From: Flavobacteriaceae bacterium
GTDB lineage: Bacteria; Bacteroidota; Bacteroidia; Chitinophagales; UBA8649
Reading direction: 5' to 3'
NCBI GenBank assembly: GCA_047621945.1
Contig: JBLHMK010000003.1
Coordinates: 1-56,182, forward strand
DNA: 56,182 bases
Below, in pieces: positions 18,991-28,893 of this stretch; the stretch's first letter is position 1, and every line of letters begins with the position of its first letter. A model generated the notes under the pieces. It did not search any database and was not told the origin of the DNA. It saw only the letters and a program-made list of their open reading frames with translations. Both the position numbers and the translations under genes were made by a program.

Positions 18991-20523
18991 ATGAATAATT
19001 TAATGAAATTCTTATTTGCTTTCACCCTAAGCTGGCTTATTCCTATTGACTCAAACGCTCAGTTTGATGACGTATATTATGATTCATCACAAGATAACTG
19101 GAATTCTAATAGTTCCTACAGTGATTATGATTCTCCTAATGAAGAATCTTCCTATAGCGAAAGCTATTACGATGAGGATGGAGATACTTATGTAACGAAT
19201 AATTATTACAATGATAATTATGATGAAGATTACGAATACTCAAAAAAACTAAGAAGGTACTATCAGCCATCAGTTGGTTTGAGTTACTATAATTACTATT
19301 ATACTGATTATTACACCTATAACAATTTTTACAACCCGTATTTAATGTATGGCAACAATTGGGGCTGGAATAATTGGGGCTGGAATAGACCTGTAGTAAG
19401 TATTAATGTTTATCAAGGCAATTTCGGATGGAATCCTTATGCGTACAATAATTGGGGCTTCAATAACTATTATGGATATAATAATTGGGGCTGGAATCAA
19501 TGGGGCGGTTATAACTACAATCCTTGGGGCGGGAATGCTGGTTACGGTCATCATCATCATGGGTACAATAACAATTGGAATGATCCATGGGGAAATCCGA
19601 ATTACGGAGTAAGTAACCCTTGGTGCGGGGGTTATGGTTACTATGGTAACGGCTATAGAAGTGAAAACACGTATTACGGTCCAAGAACTACATCTGCTAG
19701 CACAGGTGGAAGTACAACTATTAAACAACCTCAACTAGATGGAAAAGCTCCTCAAGGAGTAGCAGGTAGCTATACAATCAAGGATAAATCTCCTTCTCAA
19801 GTATCGGTTAATTTACCGGTGGTAAAAACACCATCTGCTACGCTTAGTGGAAATGGAGTTAAACAAGCTAATGTGGGAGGTTCATATTCTCCTTCGCAAT
19901 CAAGTGCGGTAAAGGTCCCTTCGAATGAGTATATAATAAAATCACCATCAAACGGAAGTGCACAGACTCCAAGTAAAGGAAACAATCCAATTCAATATAC
20001 GCCGTCAAATAGCGGTAATGTGAAATCGCCAGCGAATGTAAATGTGGTATCACCTAGCAATACAATTAACGGCAATGTGAAATCACCTGCTAATGGAAAT
20101 GTACAATACAACCCATATAATAATGCTAATGTGAAAGCACCATCGAATGGGGTTAAATCTTCTTCGTCGCAATATGATAATTACAACATGCCTTCTAATT
20201 CCGTGAAGACGCCCAGTAGTTCTCAAATCAACAAGCCAAATACGAATGTTTATAAGGCACCTAGCAATACTAATGTAAATAAACCAAGTACTAATGTTTA
20301 TAAAGCTCCTAGTAATACCAATGTAAATAAACCGAGTTCTAACGTGTATAAGGCGCCAACTAAGACAAAAGTGAACAAGCCTAGTAGTAATACTTACAAA
20401 GCGCCTAGCAATTCATATAATAAGCCTAGTAATAATTCTTACAAAGCACCAAGCGGAGGCAACTCTAGTTCTCCAAGCGTGAGCCCTTCAAAAGGTGGGG
20501 GAGCTTCGTACAAAAAGAATTAA
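18991..20523 (+). CDS. Secreted low-complexity protein (Y/N/W/G-rich core, S/N/P/K-rich repetitive tail)
   Basis: Signal peptide MNNLMKFLFAFTLSWLIPIDSNA-QFDDVYYD; divergent from proS; 9 nt upstream of a FadL-type gene. Confidence 0.75.
   Translation: MNNLMKFLFAFTLSWLIPIDSNAQFDDVYYDSSQDNWNSNSSYSDYDSPNEESSYSESYYDEDGDTYVTNNYYNDNYDEDYEYSKKLRRYYQPSVGLSYYNYYYTDYYTYNNFYNPYLMYGNNWGWNNWGWNRPVVSINVYQGNFGWNPYAYNNWGFNNYYGYNNWGWNQWGGYNYNPWGGNAGYGHHHHGYNNNWNDPWGNPNYGVSNPWCGGYGYYGNGYRSENTYYGPRTTSASTGGSTTIKQPQLDGKAPQGVAGSYTIKDKSPSQVSVNLPVVKTPSATLSGNGVKQANVGGSYSPSQSSAVKVPSNEYIIKSPSNGSAQTPSKGNNPIQYTPSNSGNVKSPANVNVVSPSNTINGNVKSPANGNVQYNPYNNANVKAPSNGVKSSSSQYDNYNMPSNSVKTPSSSQINKPNTNVYKAPSNTNVNKPSTNVYKAPSNTNVNKPSSNVYKAPTKTKVNKPSSNTYKAPSNSYNKPSNNSYKAPSGGNSSSPSVSPSKGGGASYKKN
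20230..20454 (+). repeat. Coding tandem repeat, about 5 x 48 bp (16 aa, NKPSxNVYKAPSNTNV)
   Basis: Units start at 20230, 20278, 20326, 20374 and 20419; conserved in protein, degenerate in codons. Confidence 0.85.
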
Positions 20524-20532
20524 GAAGTATTT

Positions 20533-22038
20533 ATGAGTCGTAGTTTTAAGTTTGTTTTTATCGGGTTAATATCAATTTGTAGTGTAGGTCTTTTTGCTCA
20601 GGGCTATGAAGCCGATATCTTAAGATTTTCCTTCAATAATTATGCGGGATCAGCTAGATATGTAGCCCTTGGAGGAGCATTTTCAAGTATTGGTGCAGAT
20701 TTATCGAATTTTAGTCATAATCCTGCGGGAGTAGGTATGTATAGAAATTCAATTGCGCAGTTTTCGGGAGGTGTAAACTTCGTAAATAATCGCTCAACTT
20801 ATTTGGGTAATGAAGAAACAGATTTCAAATTGAATCCATCTATTCCTAGTCTGGGAGTGGTTTTTGCCACAAATAAACCGAGTAAAAATGGGATGTTTAG
20901 AGGTGCAACTGTGGGTTTTGCATTTAACAGATTAGGGGAATATAATAGTAGTGAAAAAATTACTGCGCTTAATACGACTCCTCGATCATCTATCTCTTGG
21001 AATTGGGCTAACGAAATGTCGGATGTCTATAATGGTCAGTTTATCAATGAGACTTCGGTAGATCAAGTTTCTTTTAACACCTATACAGGTTATTATGGGT
21101 TTTTAGCAAATTATGATTCTAGCCTATTAGATTATACAAGCCCAGTGCTAGATTCTGTTCAACAAACTAGATATGTAGACTCTAAAGGAGGGAAAAATGA
21201 GATGGTTCTCGCTTTAGGGACTAACTATTTAGATAAACTTTTTATTGGAGCGAGCGTTGGTATCCCTTTGATCAATTACAGCAGAGAGTCAAGATTTATC
21301 GAAGAGGATGCTGCTATTTCAGACATCAATACCTTCTTTAATGAATTCGAATTAAAAGAAGATTACAAGACCGAAGGCTTAGGTTTTAACTTTAAGTTAG
21401 GCGCTTTATATAAGGTGAATAGATGGGTAAGAATTGGAGGAGCCTTCCATACTCCAGAGCGAATTAGTTTTACAGAAAGGTATTCATCGAACTTAACTAG
21501 CGATATGGATTTTGACGATTTCGATATTGAGTCGGGCGAAGGCGTTTTTCAATATAGAGTCCGTTTGCCATGGAAAGCAAATGTTGGAGCCAGTCTATTC
21601 TTTAAGGAAAAGGGATTCTTGTCCTTAGATTATGAAGCTATTGGGTTCAATGCTATGCGCTATACTTTTGAAAATGATTTCAGAGAATTGTCAGATGATA
21701 TTAATACAAATCTAAAGGCGAAATACAAAGTTAGTCATAGTGTAAGAGTTGGAATTGAAGGAGTGATTAAGAAATTCCGAATTCGAGGGGGATACTACTA
21801 CGCAGATAGTCCAATCAGGAAACAATTTCAGGTGGAAGGATTTAACTATTCGCGACACACTATTTCAGGAGGTTTTGGATTCATGCTAGACAAGGTAGCT
21901 GTTGATTTTGCTTATCAGCACAACGTCAATAGACAATTTGAGCAGCCATACACAGTTTCGAATGCCAATGTTTCTGGAATTAACCGAAATACCACCCAAG
22001 GACTGGGCATAGTTACGTTTTCCTATAAATTGAGATAG
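20533..22038 (+). CDS. OmpP1/FadL-family outer membrane protein
   Basis: GSARYVALGGAF...NPAG N-terminal motif, amphipathic strands, signal peptide. Confidence 0.85.
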   Translation: MSRSFKFVFIGLISICSVGLFAQGYEADILRFSFNNYAGSARYVALGGAFSSIGADLSNFSHNPAGVGMYRNSIAQFSGGVNFVNNRSTYLGNEETDFKLNPSIPSLGVVFATNKPSKNGMFRGATVGFAFNRLGEYNSSEKITALNTTPRSSISWNWANEMSDVYNGQFINETSVDQVSFNTYTGYYGFLANYDSSLLDYTSPVLDSVQQTRYVDSKGGKNEMVLALGTNYLDKLFIGASVGIPLINYSRESRFIEEDAAISDINTFFNEFELKEDYKTEGLGFNFKLGALYKVNRWVRIGGAFHTPERISFTERYSSNLTSDMDFDDFDIESGEGVFQYRVRLPWKANVGASLFFKEKGFLSLDYEAIGFNAMRYTFENDFRELSDDINTNLKAKYKVSHSVRVGIEGVIKKFRIRGGYYYADSPIRKQFQVEGFNYSRHTISGGFGFMLDKVAVDFAYQHNVNRQFEQPYTVSNANVSGINRNTTQGLGIVTFSYKLR

Positions 22039-22069
22039 ACATTCTATTTTTATTCTTTATGATTTAGCT

Positions 22070-22077
22070 TACTTTTG
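22070..22077 (+). promoter_or_regulatory. -7 element TACTTTTG
   Basis: Exact match 4 nt before GTG 22082. Confidence 0.55.
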
Positions 22078-22081
22078 ACAA

Positions 22082-23557
22082 GTGTTTAGTTTTCGCCTAT
22101 TCTTCTTCTTACTTCTACTCACCTCGAGTGTAGTTTGCTCTGCTCAAAGCTTTGATTTCAACAAGCAATGTGAGGAGGCTTATCAGCATATTATTTCTTT
22201 AAAACTGGCGAAAGGGAAGGAATTTATTAGTCAAGAGCTCATGGCTAATCCTAATAATTTAATTCCAGTATTCTTAGAAAATTACATAGATTTCTTAGAG
22301 GTCTATACCTCTGGTTCAGTAAGTGATTACGAAGGCAAGAAGAAAACCTTTGACAACCGTATTAATGAATTAAAGAGTGGGGATAAATCTTCTCCTTATT
22401 ATTTATATGCTCAAGCCGAAATACATACCCAATCGGCTGTCCTTCACATAAAGTTTGGCGAATATATTGCCACAATTTTTGATCTTAAAAAGGCGATAAA
22501 GAAGTTGGAAGCGAACCAAAATGAGTTTCCAGACTTTGTTCCAAATCAAAAGAGTTTGGGGATGTTATATGCCATCTTAGGAAGTATTCCTCAGCAATAT
22601 CAAGGGACCTTGGACTTTATCGGTTTGGGTGGTGATGTTACAGGTGGCATGAAAATGTTAAAAATTGCAGTGAAAGATAACGCTCACCCTTTTCAACATG
22701 AAGCTGCAACTATTTATGCATTTATGTTGCTGCATATTCAAAATGATCCAGATAACGCTTGGCAAGTGTTGAAAGCAAATAATTTTAATGCGCAATCTAA
22801 TCTGATGGATGCCTATTCTTTTGGCCATATTGGAATTTATGGCAATAATTGTGATGAAGGTATATCTGCTCTAATCAATAGACCAAAGGAATCAGCCTAC
22901 CACTCTTTTCCAATCACTGATTTTCTTTTAGGTCTGGGAAAGACTTATAGGCAGGATAGTGATGCAAATGTATATTTTCAGAAATTCCTTGAGCAAAATA
23001 AGGGAGAAGATTATATTAAATCTACTTGGCATAAGATGGCGTGGAATGAATTGATTAAGGGCAATGAGGATAAATACAAGAGGTATTTGCAAAAGGTTGC
23101 GAACGAAGGACGCGCTGTAATCGATACGGATAAGCAAGCAAAAAAAGAATTGGATAATCAACAGCTACCTAATCCTATTTTGTTGAAAGCAAGAATGCTT
23201 ACAGACGGTAAATACCTAGATAGAGCTTTAGTTATATTACAATCGCAAACCGTGAATAGTTTTAAAAATCGTTATGATAAAACTGAATATTTGTATCGAT
23301 TAGCTCGTGCTTATGATAAGGCTAAACAACTTTCAAAGGCTATTCAGTATTATGAAATCACTATAGTAAATGGACGTAATGTTCCTTATTACTACGGGGC
23401 GAATGCAGCGTATTTGTTAGGCTTTCTATATGAACAGCAATTGAATCGCTTACAAGCCGTTAAAAATTACAATCTTTGCTTATCTCTGGATGGTTATGAA
23501 TATGAGAATAGTATTCATCAAAAAGCGGAGGCAGGCCTTAATAGGCTAAAGAATTAA
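22082..23557 (+). CDS. Secreted tetratricopeptide-repeat protein
   Basis: Signal peptide; all-helical TPR-like repeats (YLYRLARAY, AAYLLGFLYE). Confidence 0.75.
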   Translation: MFSFRLFFFLLLLTSSVVCSAQSFDFNKQCEEAYQHIISLKLAKGKEFISQELMANPNNLIPVFLENYIDFLEVYTSGSVSDYEGKKKTFDNRINELKSGDKSSPYYLYAQAEIHTQSAVLHIKFGEYIATIFDLKKAIKKLEANQNEFPDFVPNQKSLGMLYAILGSIPQQYQGTLDFIGLGGDVTGGMKMLKIAVKDNAHPFQHEAATIYAFMLLHIQNDPDNAWQVLKANNFNAQSNLMDAYSFGHIGIYGNNCDEGISALINRPKESAYHSFPITDFLLGLGKTYRQDSDANVYFQKFLEQNKGEDYIKSTWHKMAWNELIKGNEDKYKRYLQKVANEGRAVIDTDKQAKKELDNQQLPNPILLKARMLTDGKYLDRALVILQSQTVNSFKNRYDKTEYLYRLARAYDKAKQLSKAIQYYEITIVNGRNVPYYYGANAAYLLGFLYEQQLNRLQAVKNYNLCLSLDGYEYENSIHQKAEAGLNRLKN

Positions 23558-23559
23558 TT

Positions 23560-24567
23560 ATGGAAGAGAATTTCTCCTTAAAAAAATACAATACTTTCGC
23601 AATTGATGCGAATGCGAAATATTTTGAAAGCTTAAGTGATTTTGCACAGCTCACTACATTGCAAAACCTACCTGATTTTAGAAACAATCGATTGATTCTT
23701 GGAGGAGGTAGTAATATACTGCTGACTCAAGATTTCGAGGGAATTGTGTTGAATAACAACTTGAGAGGAATTGAAGTAGTCAAAGAGCACGGAGAAGATA
23801 TCTATGTAAAAGCTTTAGGTGGAGAAGTCTGGCACGAATTCGTGCTGCATTGCATTAGTAATGAGTGGGCAGGTATAGAGAACCTATCTCTAATTCCTGG
23901 TAAGATTGGTGCTTCACCTATGCAGAATATTGGGGCTTATGGTGTGGAATTGAAAGATGTTTTCTATGAGCTAGAGGCTTGGAACATCGAAAAAGAACAG
24001 ATTGAGGTATTTGATAAAAATCAATGTCAGTTTGCTTATCGCGAAAGTATATTTAAAAACTCATATAAAAACAAGTACATCATTCTATCCGTAACTTTTA
24101 AATTGAGCAAGACTCCAAATGTAAATGTGAGTTATGGTGCTATTGAAGAAGTTTTGAAAACGATGGAAGTTGCTAATCCAGGAATTAAGGAAGTAAGTGA
24201 TGCAGTTATTGCTATTCGAAGTTCGAAATTACCAAATCCAGCGGAGATTGGAAATGCAGGAAGTTTCTTTAAAAATCCAGTCATTGAAAATTATAGAGTA
24301 GAAGAACTCAAAAAAACTTATCCTAAAATGCCCAGTTATCCGGTGGATGAAAATCTAACTAAGATTCCGGCAGGGTGGCTAATCGATCAAGCTGGTTGGA
24401 AAGGAAAGACATACGGAGAGTATGGCGTGCATAAAAACCAAGCTTTGGTTTTAGTGAACTATGGAGGAGCATCTGGAAATAACATTAAAAATCTTGCAGC
24501 CGAAATTCAACAAGACATTTTGGATAAGTACGGAATTGTGATTAATCCTGAGGTACATTTTATTTAA
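23560..24567 (+). CDS. murB: UDP-N-acetylmuramate dehydrogenase
   Basis: LGGGSN, IPG..GASPMQNIGAYG and GNAGSFFKNP motifs. Confidence 0.96.
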   Translation: MEENFSLKKYNTFAIDANAKYFESLSDFAQLTTLQNLPDFRNNRLILGGGSNILLTQDFEGIVLNNNLRGIEVVKEHGEDIYVKALGGEVWHEFVLHCISNEWAGIENLSLIPGKIGASPMQNIGAYGVELKDVFYELEAWNIEKEQIEVFDKNQCQFAYRESIFKNSYKNKYIILSVTFKLSKTPNVNVSYGAIEEVLKTMEVANPGIKEVSDAVIAIRSSKLPNPAEIGNAGSFFKNPVIENYRVEELKKTYPKMPSYPVDENLTKIPAGWLIDQAGWKGKTYGEYGVHKNQALVLVNYGGASGNNIKNLAAEIQQDILDKYGIVINPEVHFI

Positions 24568-24581
24568 TTTACCGAGTTGAT

Positions 24582-25233
24582 TTGAAAAGTATTGTAACTA
24601 TATCATTTATTTTATGCTTGGCTTTGTACAACTGATTCTTATGGTTTTACATCTAACAACCCAACGCAGGCTTCATTAATCATTGACAGTATAATAGGGA
24701 ATACATTGTATATCTCTAATCTTAGTGAATTCTATTGCTCGGGTTACTTGGTTTTCTCAGATGGTGGGGGTTTGTTAGATAGTGTATCAATGTATGCTTA
24801 TAGCGAATGGACCAGTGGTGCTAATCCGAATCAATTTCAATATGCTTTTCCCGATACGGGGTTGTATGGTGTTTCTTTAAGTGTAACTGGAGGTGATCGC
24901 ACAGATACTTACACTGTACAAATAAGTATTCAAGATACGCTCTCTGGTATTTCTCAATCTTACAATAGTAATAATGATATTTTAGTTTATCCAAACCCAG
25001 CGAGGGGCTACATTGTTATACAAACTGACTTCGGGCAGTTGAATATTCAAGATAAAGTGCTTAAATGTGCTATTTATAATACTAAAGGCAGTCTCCTCAA
25101 ACCTTATGACCTTGATCGCCGTTTGTATCAACAGATATTAGTTTTGGATGATTTAGTTAATGGTGTTTATTTGCTCAATTTCTCTGAAAAGGGTCGAAGT
25201 ATTGGGAATAAAAGATTGAGTTTAGTTAGATAG
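24582..25233 (+). CDS. Small T9SS type A sorting-domain protein with a PKD/Ig-like domain; signal peptide appears frameshifted (possible pseudogene)
   Basis: ILVYPNPA...GVYLL...KRLSLVR C-terminal sorting domain; main frame open from 24598; signal-like TTG-KSIVTISFILCLA at 24582 is in a different frame. Confidence 0.6.
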
Positions 25234-26242
25234 CATTCACTTTCTTATCCCACTCCCATGCACTGCGCATCATTTCTTCTAAGGAATATTGCGGATCCCA
25301 GCCTAACACTTTTTTAGCCTTACTATTATCCGCATAAATTGCAACAACATCACCTTCTCTTCGAGATGAAAGCTTGTAGTTTAATTTAAGCTGATTGGCT
25401 TGTTCAAAAGCCTTGACCATTTCTAAAACGGATACTCCATTTCCTGACCCTAAATTGAAAACTTCACAAATACTTTCGTTGGTTTCTGCCACTAACCACT
25501 TAATAGCTTTCGTATGCGCATCGGCAATATCCATTACATGAATGTAGTCCCTTACACAAGTTCCATCTGAAGTAGGGTAATCACTGCCTGCAATTTCAAA
25601 ACTTTCATACTGACCAAGTGCTGTTCCTATAATTCTAGGCATAAGATTAGGTGAAGCTTGTTTGGCTCGTTCACCAATATGCAAACTTTTGTGCGTCCCA
25701 ATAGGATTGAAGTATCTCAATAAAGTTGCCTTTAAGGGGTAGGTCATTATAAAATCTTTGATGAGTTGCTCCCCAATTAATTTGGTGTGAGCATAAGGAC
25801 TTTCTGGTTTTGCCAGTTCTACTTCTTCATGAACGGGAAGCTCTGTTGAATTACCATAAACCGAACACGAAGACGAAAATACTAAATGTTTAATATTGAA
25901 CTGTTTGCAACAGCTTAAGACATTAATGAGTCCTTCAATGTTGTTGTGGTAATAATCTAAAGGCTTTTCTACGGACTCATTCACGTACTTCTTAGCAGCA
26001 AAATGAATAATCCCTTGAATATCTGATTCTTGATTAAATACTTCTTGAGTAGCATTCAAATCACATAAATCGACGTCGTAATTCTTGACACGCTTGCCTG
26101 TAATTTCCTGTATGCCCTTAAGAACTGAGGTAAAACAGTTTTCATAATTGTCAATAGACACTACTTCATGACCCTTTTCAAGGAGATCAACAATAGTATG
26201 AGAACCTATATAACCACATCCACCTGTAACTAAGAATTTCAT
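25226..26242 (-). CDS. galE: UDP-glucose 4-epimerase
   Basis: GGCGYIGSH, FSSSCSVYG, YAHTK, LRYFNP and DGTCVRDYIHV motifs. Confidence 0.92.
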   Translation of the reverse strand: MKFLVTGGCGYIGSHTIVDLLEKGHEVVSIDNYENCFTSVLKGIQEITGKRVKNYDVDLCDLNATQEVFNQESDIQGIIHFAAKKYVNESVEKPLDYYHNNIEGLINVLSCCKQFNIKHLVFSSSCSVYGNSTELPVHEEVELAKPESPYAHTKLIGEQLIKDFIMTYPLKATLLRYFNPIGTHKSLHIGERAKQASPNLMPRIIGTALGQYESFEIAGSDYPTSDGTCVRDYIHVMDIADAHTKAIKWLVAETNESICEVFNLGSGNGVSVLEMVKAFEQANQLKLNYKLSSRREGDVVAIYADNSKAKKVLGWDPQYSLEEMMRSAWEWDKKVNAI

Positions 26243-27184
26243 TTATTTTCCGTAAAATGTAGCGCCAGCTTCTAGGATAATTTTAACACCTTCACTTATC
26301 GGTAATAAGTCTCTACCAAGAAGTTTCCGCATTTTATCAATGTCTGGCTTTCTCTTTTTCATATCTCCCTCTTTAAGAGCTGGAAGATGAACAAGCTTAG
26401 ATTTCGAACCTACCGTTTTAATAATAATTTCGGCCAATTCAATAATTGTTACTTCATGATCATTACCAATATTAACGGTGTCATTAACGAAATGACCGTG
26501 CTCAAAACTACTTAAACATGCGTCAATGTTGTCATTGATATAACAAAAAGTTCTCGTTTGTAAGCCATCACCGAATATGGTAATATCCTTATTAGCTTTG
26601 GCTAAATCTATAAATTTGCTCATCACAAAATCGGTACTTTGCTTAGGTCCGTATGTATTGAAAAATCTAAAGATGGTATAGTCTAAATCAAATTCTTGTT
26701 TGTAGCTTCTTAAAAAAGATTCCCCTACATTCTTAACTACAGCATAAGGTAAACGACTGTTTAAAGGAGTCGTAGCTTCATTTTGAGGGTGTTCTATCGG
26801 TTCACCGTATACTTCGGAAGAAGAAGCGAAGAAAACACGTTTAACATTGGTGTTCTTACAAAGGTCCAAGACATTCTTAATCCCAATGATATCTTCTAGA
26901 ACCATTTTTGGGTTATCAAGTGTTCTTTGAACCCCTACAACAGCCGCATAGTGAAATACATAGTCAAATTTGTATGCCAACATAACCGAAGAAATATCTT
27001 GAAAGTTATTGCAATCTGCTTTGATAAAGCGAACAGAGTCTTTGTTAATACTTTCCAGTCTACGAACATCTCCTGTGAGTAAATTATCAACTATAACTAC
27101 CTTGTGGTCAGTCGTATTTACAATTCTTTCTGCAAGGCTGCTTCCTACAAATCCCGCACCTCCTGTAATTAAAATTTTCGCCAT
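26243..27184 (-). CDS. NAD-dependent nucleotide-sugar epimerase/dehydratase (UDP-glucuronate decarboxylase-like extended SDR)
   Basis: GGAGFVGS, SSSEVYG, YAVVK, FNTYGP and GDGLQTRTFCY motifs. Confidence 0.85.
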   Translation of the reverse strand: MAKILITGGAGFVGSSLAERIVNTTDHKVVIVDNLLTGDVRRLESINKDSVRFIKADCNNFQDISSVMLAYKFDYVFHYAAVVGVQRTLDNPKMVLEDIIGIKNVLDLCKNTNVKRVFFASSSEVYGEPIEHPQNEATTPLNSRLPYAVVKNVGESFLRSYKQEFDLDYTIFRFFNTYGPKQSTDFVMSKFIDLAKANKDITIFGDGLQTRTFCYINDNIDACLSSFEHGHFVNDTVNIGNDHEVTIIELAEIIIKTVGSKSKLVHLPALKEGDMKKRKPDIDKMRKLLGRDLLPISEGVKIILEAGATFYGK

Positions 27185-27185
27185 T

Positions 27186-28046
27186 CTATTTTATTAAATT
27201 CATTAAGTACTCACCATAACCACTTTTCAATAGAGGTTTGGCTAATCTTTCTAGTTGTTCTTTGTTTATAAAACCTTGAATGTATGCTTCTTCTTCTATA
27301 CATCCAATCTTCAATCCTTGTCTTTCCTCAATTACCTGAACGAATTGAGTTGCCTGCATTAATGAATGGAAGGTGCCAGTATCTAACCAAGCAGTGCCTC
27401 TATCCAATATTCCTACACTGAGTTTATTTTGCTTAAGGTATTCTCTGTTCACATCGGTAATCTCGTATTCACCTCTTGCACTCGGCTCAATATTTTTTGC
27501 TATTTCTACCACACTATTGTCGTAGAAATACAAGCCAGGTACTGCATAATTTGACTTGGGTTGAGCTGGTTTTTCTTCAATAGATATCGCCTTAAGCTTG
27601 TCATCAAACTCTACTACCCCATATCGTTCTGGATCACTAACGTGGTACGCATAAATTACACCCCCATCTGGATTGCTATTGCTTTGTAATAGGTTTCTTA
27701 AACCCGTGCCGTAGAAAATGTTGTCGCCAAGAATCAATGCGCACTTATCTTCACCTATAAATTCTTCGCCGATAACAAAGGCTTGAGCTAATCCATTAGG
27801 TTCATGCTGAATAGCATAACTGATTTTGCAACCAATTTGCTCCCCTGAACCTAATAATTTCTCGAAATTGGGCAAATCATGCGGAGTAGAGATAATTAGA
27901 ATTTCATTGATTCCTGCTTGCATTAATGTTGATAAGGGGTAATAAATCATCGGCTTATCGTAAATAGGCATGATTTGCTTGCTAATGGCATAAGTAATAG
28001 GATATAATCTTGTCCCTGAACCTCCTGCTAAAATAATTCCTTTCAT
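27186..28046 (-). CDS. rfbA: Glucose-1-phosphate thymidylyltransferase
   Basis: [26 protein letters not shown] and [10 protein letters not shown] motifs. Confidence 0.96.
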   Translation of the reverse strand: MKGIILAGGSGTRLYPITYAISKQIMPIYDKPMIYYPLSTLMQAGINEILIISTPHDLPNFEKLLGSGEQIGCKISYAIQHEPNGLAQAFVIGEEFIGEDKCALILGDNIFYGTGLRNLLQSNSNPDGGVIYAYHVSDPERYGVVEFDDKLKAISIEEKPAQPKSNYAVPGLYFYDNSVVEIAKNIEPSARGEYEITDVNREYLKQNKLSVGILDRGTAWLDTGTFHSLMQATQFVQVIEERQGLKIGCIEEEAYIQGFINKEQLERLAKPLLKSGYGEYLMNLIK

Positions 28047-28054
28047 AATCGAAA

Positions 28055-28062
28055 CAAATATA
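28055..28062 (-). promoter_or_regulatory. -7 element TATATTTG for the rfbA operon
   Basis: CAAATATA on + strand 8 nt upstream of ATG 28046. Confidence 0.5.
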
Positions 28063-28123
28063 GCACTTTGCTTGTAGTATAGAAAGCAATTAATAAAAGT
28101 AGTTGGTTTAAACTGGATATTTT

Positions 28124-28131
28124 TAACTTTG
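28124..28131 (+). promoter_or_regulatory. -7 element TAACTTTG for menG-porT
   Basis: Exact match; it overlaps the ORF-track TTG at 28129, which favours GTG 28165 as the true start. Confidence 0.55.
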
Positions 28132-28164
28132 CTGAGAATTTTACTTAACGTAAAGCTAGCAACC

Positions 28165-28893
28165 GTGAATCAACACATAAAGCCTTATCACAAAGATGGC
28201 GAAGGAAAGAAAGAAGAAGTTGAACAGATGTTTGACAATATTGCTCATCGATATGACTTCTTAAATCACCTGCTATCTGCAGGAATTGATCGTCTGTGGC
28301 GAAAAAAAGCCATTAAACACATTGCTTCTTATCAACCGAAACGGATCATGGACATGGCAACGGGTACAGGCGACTTTGCCATAGATGCTGTTAACATGTT
28401 GCAGTTAGATGAAGTAATAGCCTTAGATTTGAGCGAGGAAATGCTGGCAGTAGGTCGTAAGAAGCTGAAAAAAGATGAACATAAAATTATAGAATTCGTT
28501 AAAGGAGATAGTGAGAGTTTAAGCTATGAATCAAACTCTTTTGATGCTATGACCGCTGGATTCGGTGTTCGGAATTTTGAAAACTTAGAAAAGGGGCTTT
28601 CTGAAATGTATCGGGTTCTAAAACCGGGTTCCCCCTTAGTAATTCTTGAGGTTTCGCAACCTGACAATAAATTTTTAAAAGCAATATTTAGTATTTATTT
28701 TAAAGGTATTCTTCCTCTGATTGGTCGCTTGTTTAGTAAAGACCATCGAGCATATACCTATCTGCCAGAATCTGTAGAGGCTTTCCCGAAAGGCAAGGAT
28801 TTTACGGATATTTTAAAAAAAGTGGGCTTTACAGATGCTAAATACCAAGCTTTGACGTTAGGTATATGCGCAATGTATTTATGCGAAAAATAA
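28165..28893 (+). CDS. menG: Demethylmenaquinone methyltransferase UbiE/MenG
   Basis: [27 protein letters not shown] and AYTYLPESV motifs. Confidence 0.92.
   Translation: MNQHIKPYHKDGEGKKEEVEQMFDNIAHRYDFLNHLLSAGIDRLWRKKAIKHIASYQPKRIMDMATGTGDFAIDAVNMLQLDEVIALDLSEEMLAVGRKKLKKDEHKIIEFVKGDSESLSYESNSFDAMTAGFGVRNFENLEKGLSEMYRVLKPGSPLVILEVSQPDNKFLKAIFSIYFKGILPLIGRLFSKDHRAYTYLPESVEAFPKGKDFTDILKKVGFTDAKYQALTLGICAMYLCEK

Noticed and set aside
19342-20053. Several overlapping alternative and antisense ORFs
   Set aside because: By-products of the low-complexity codon usage of the 18991-20523 gene.
20230-20454. Regularly spaced repeats resembling a CRISPR array
   Set aside because: They are in-frame coding repeats with synonymous variation, no unique spacers and no cas genes.
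25226-28046. Horizontally acquired O-antigen/capsule island
   Set aside because: Only three nucleotide-sugar genes, with no glycosyltransferases, mobility genes or evident compositional shift.
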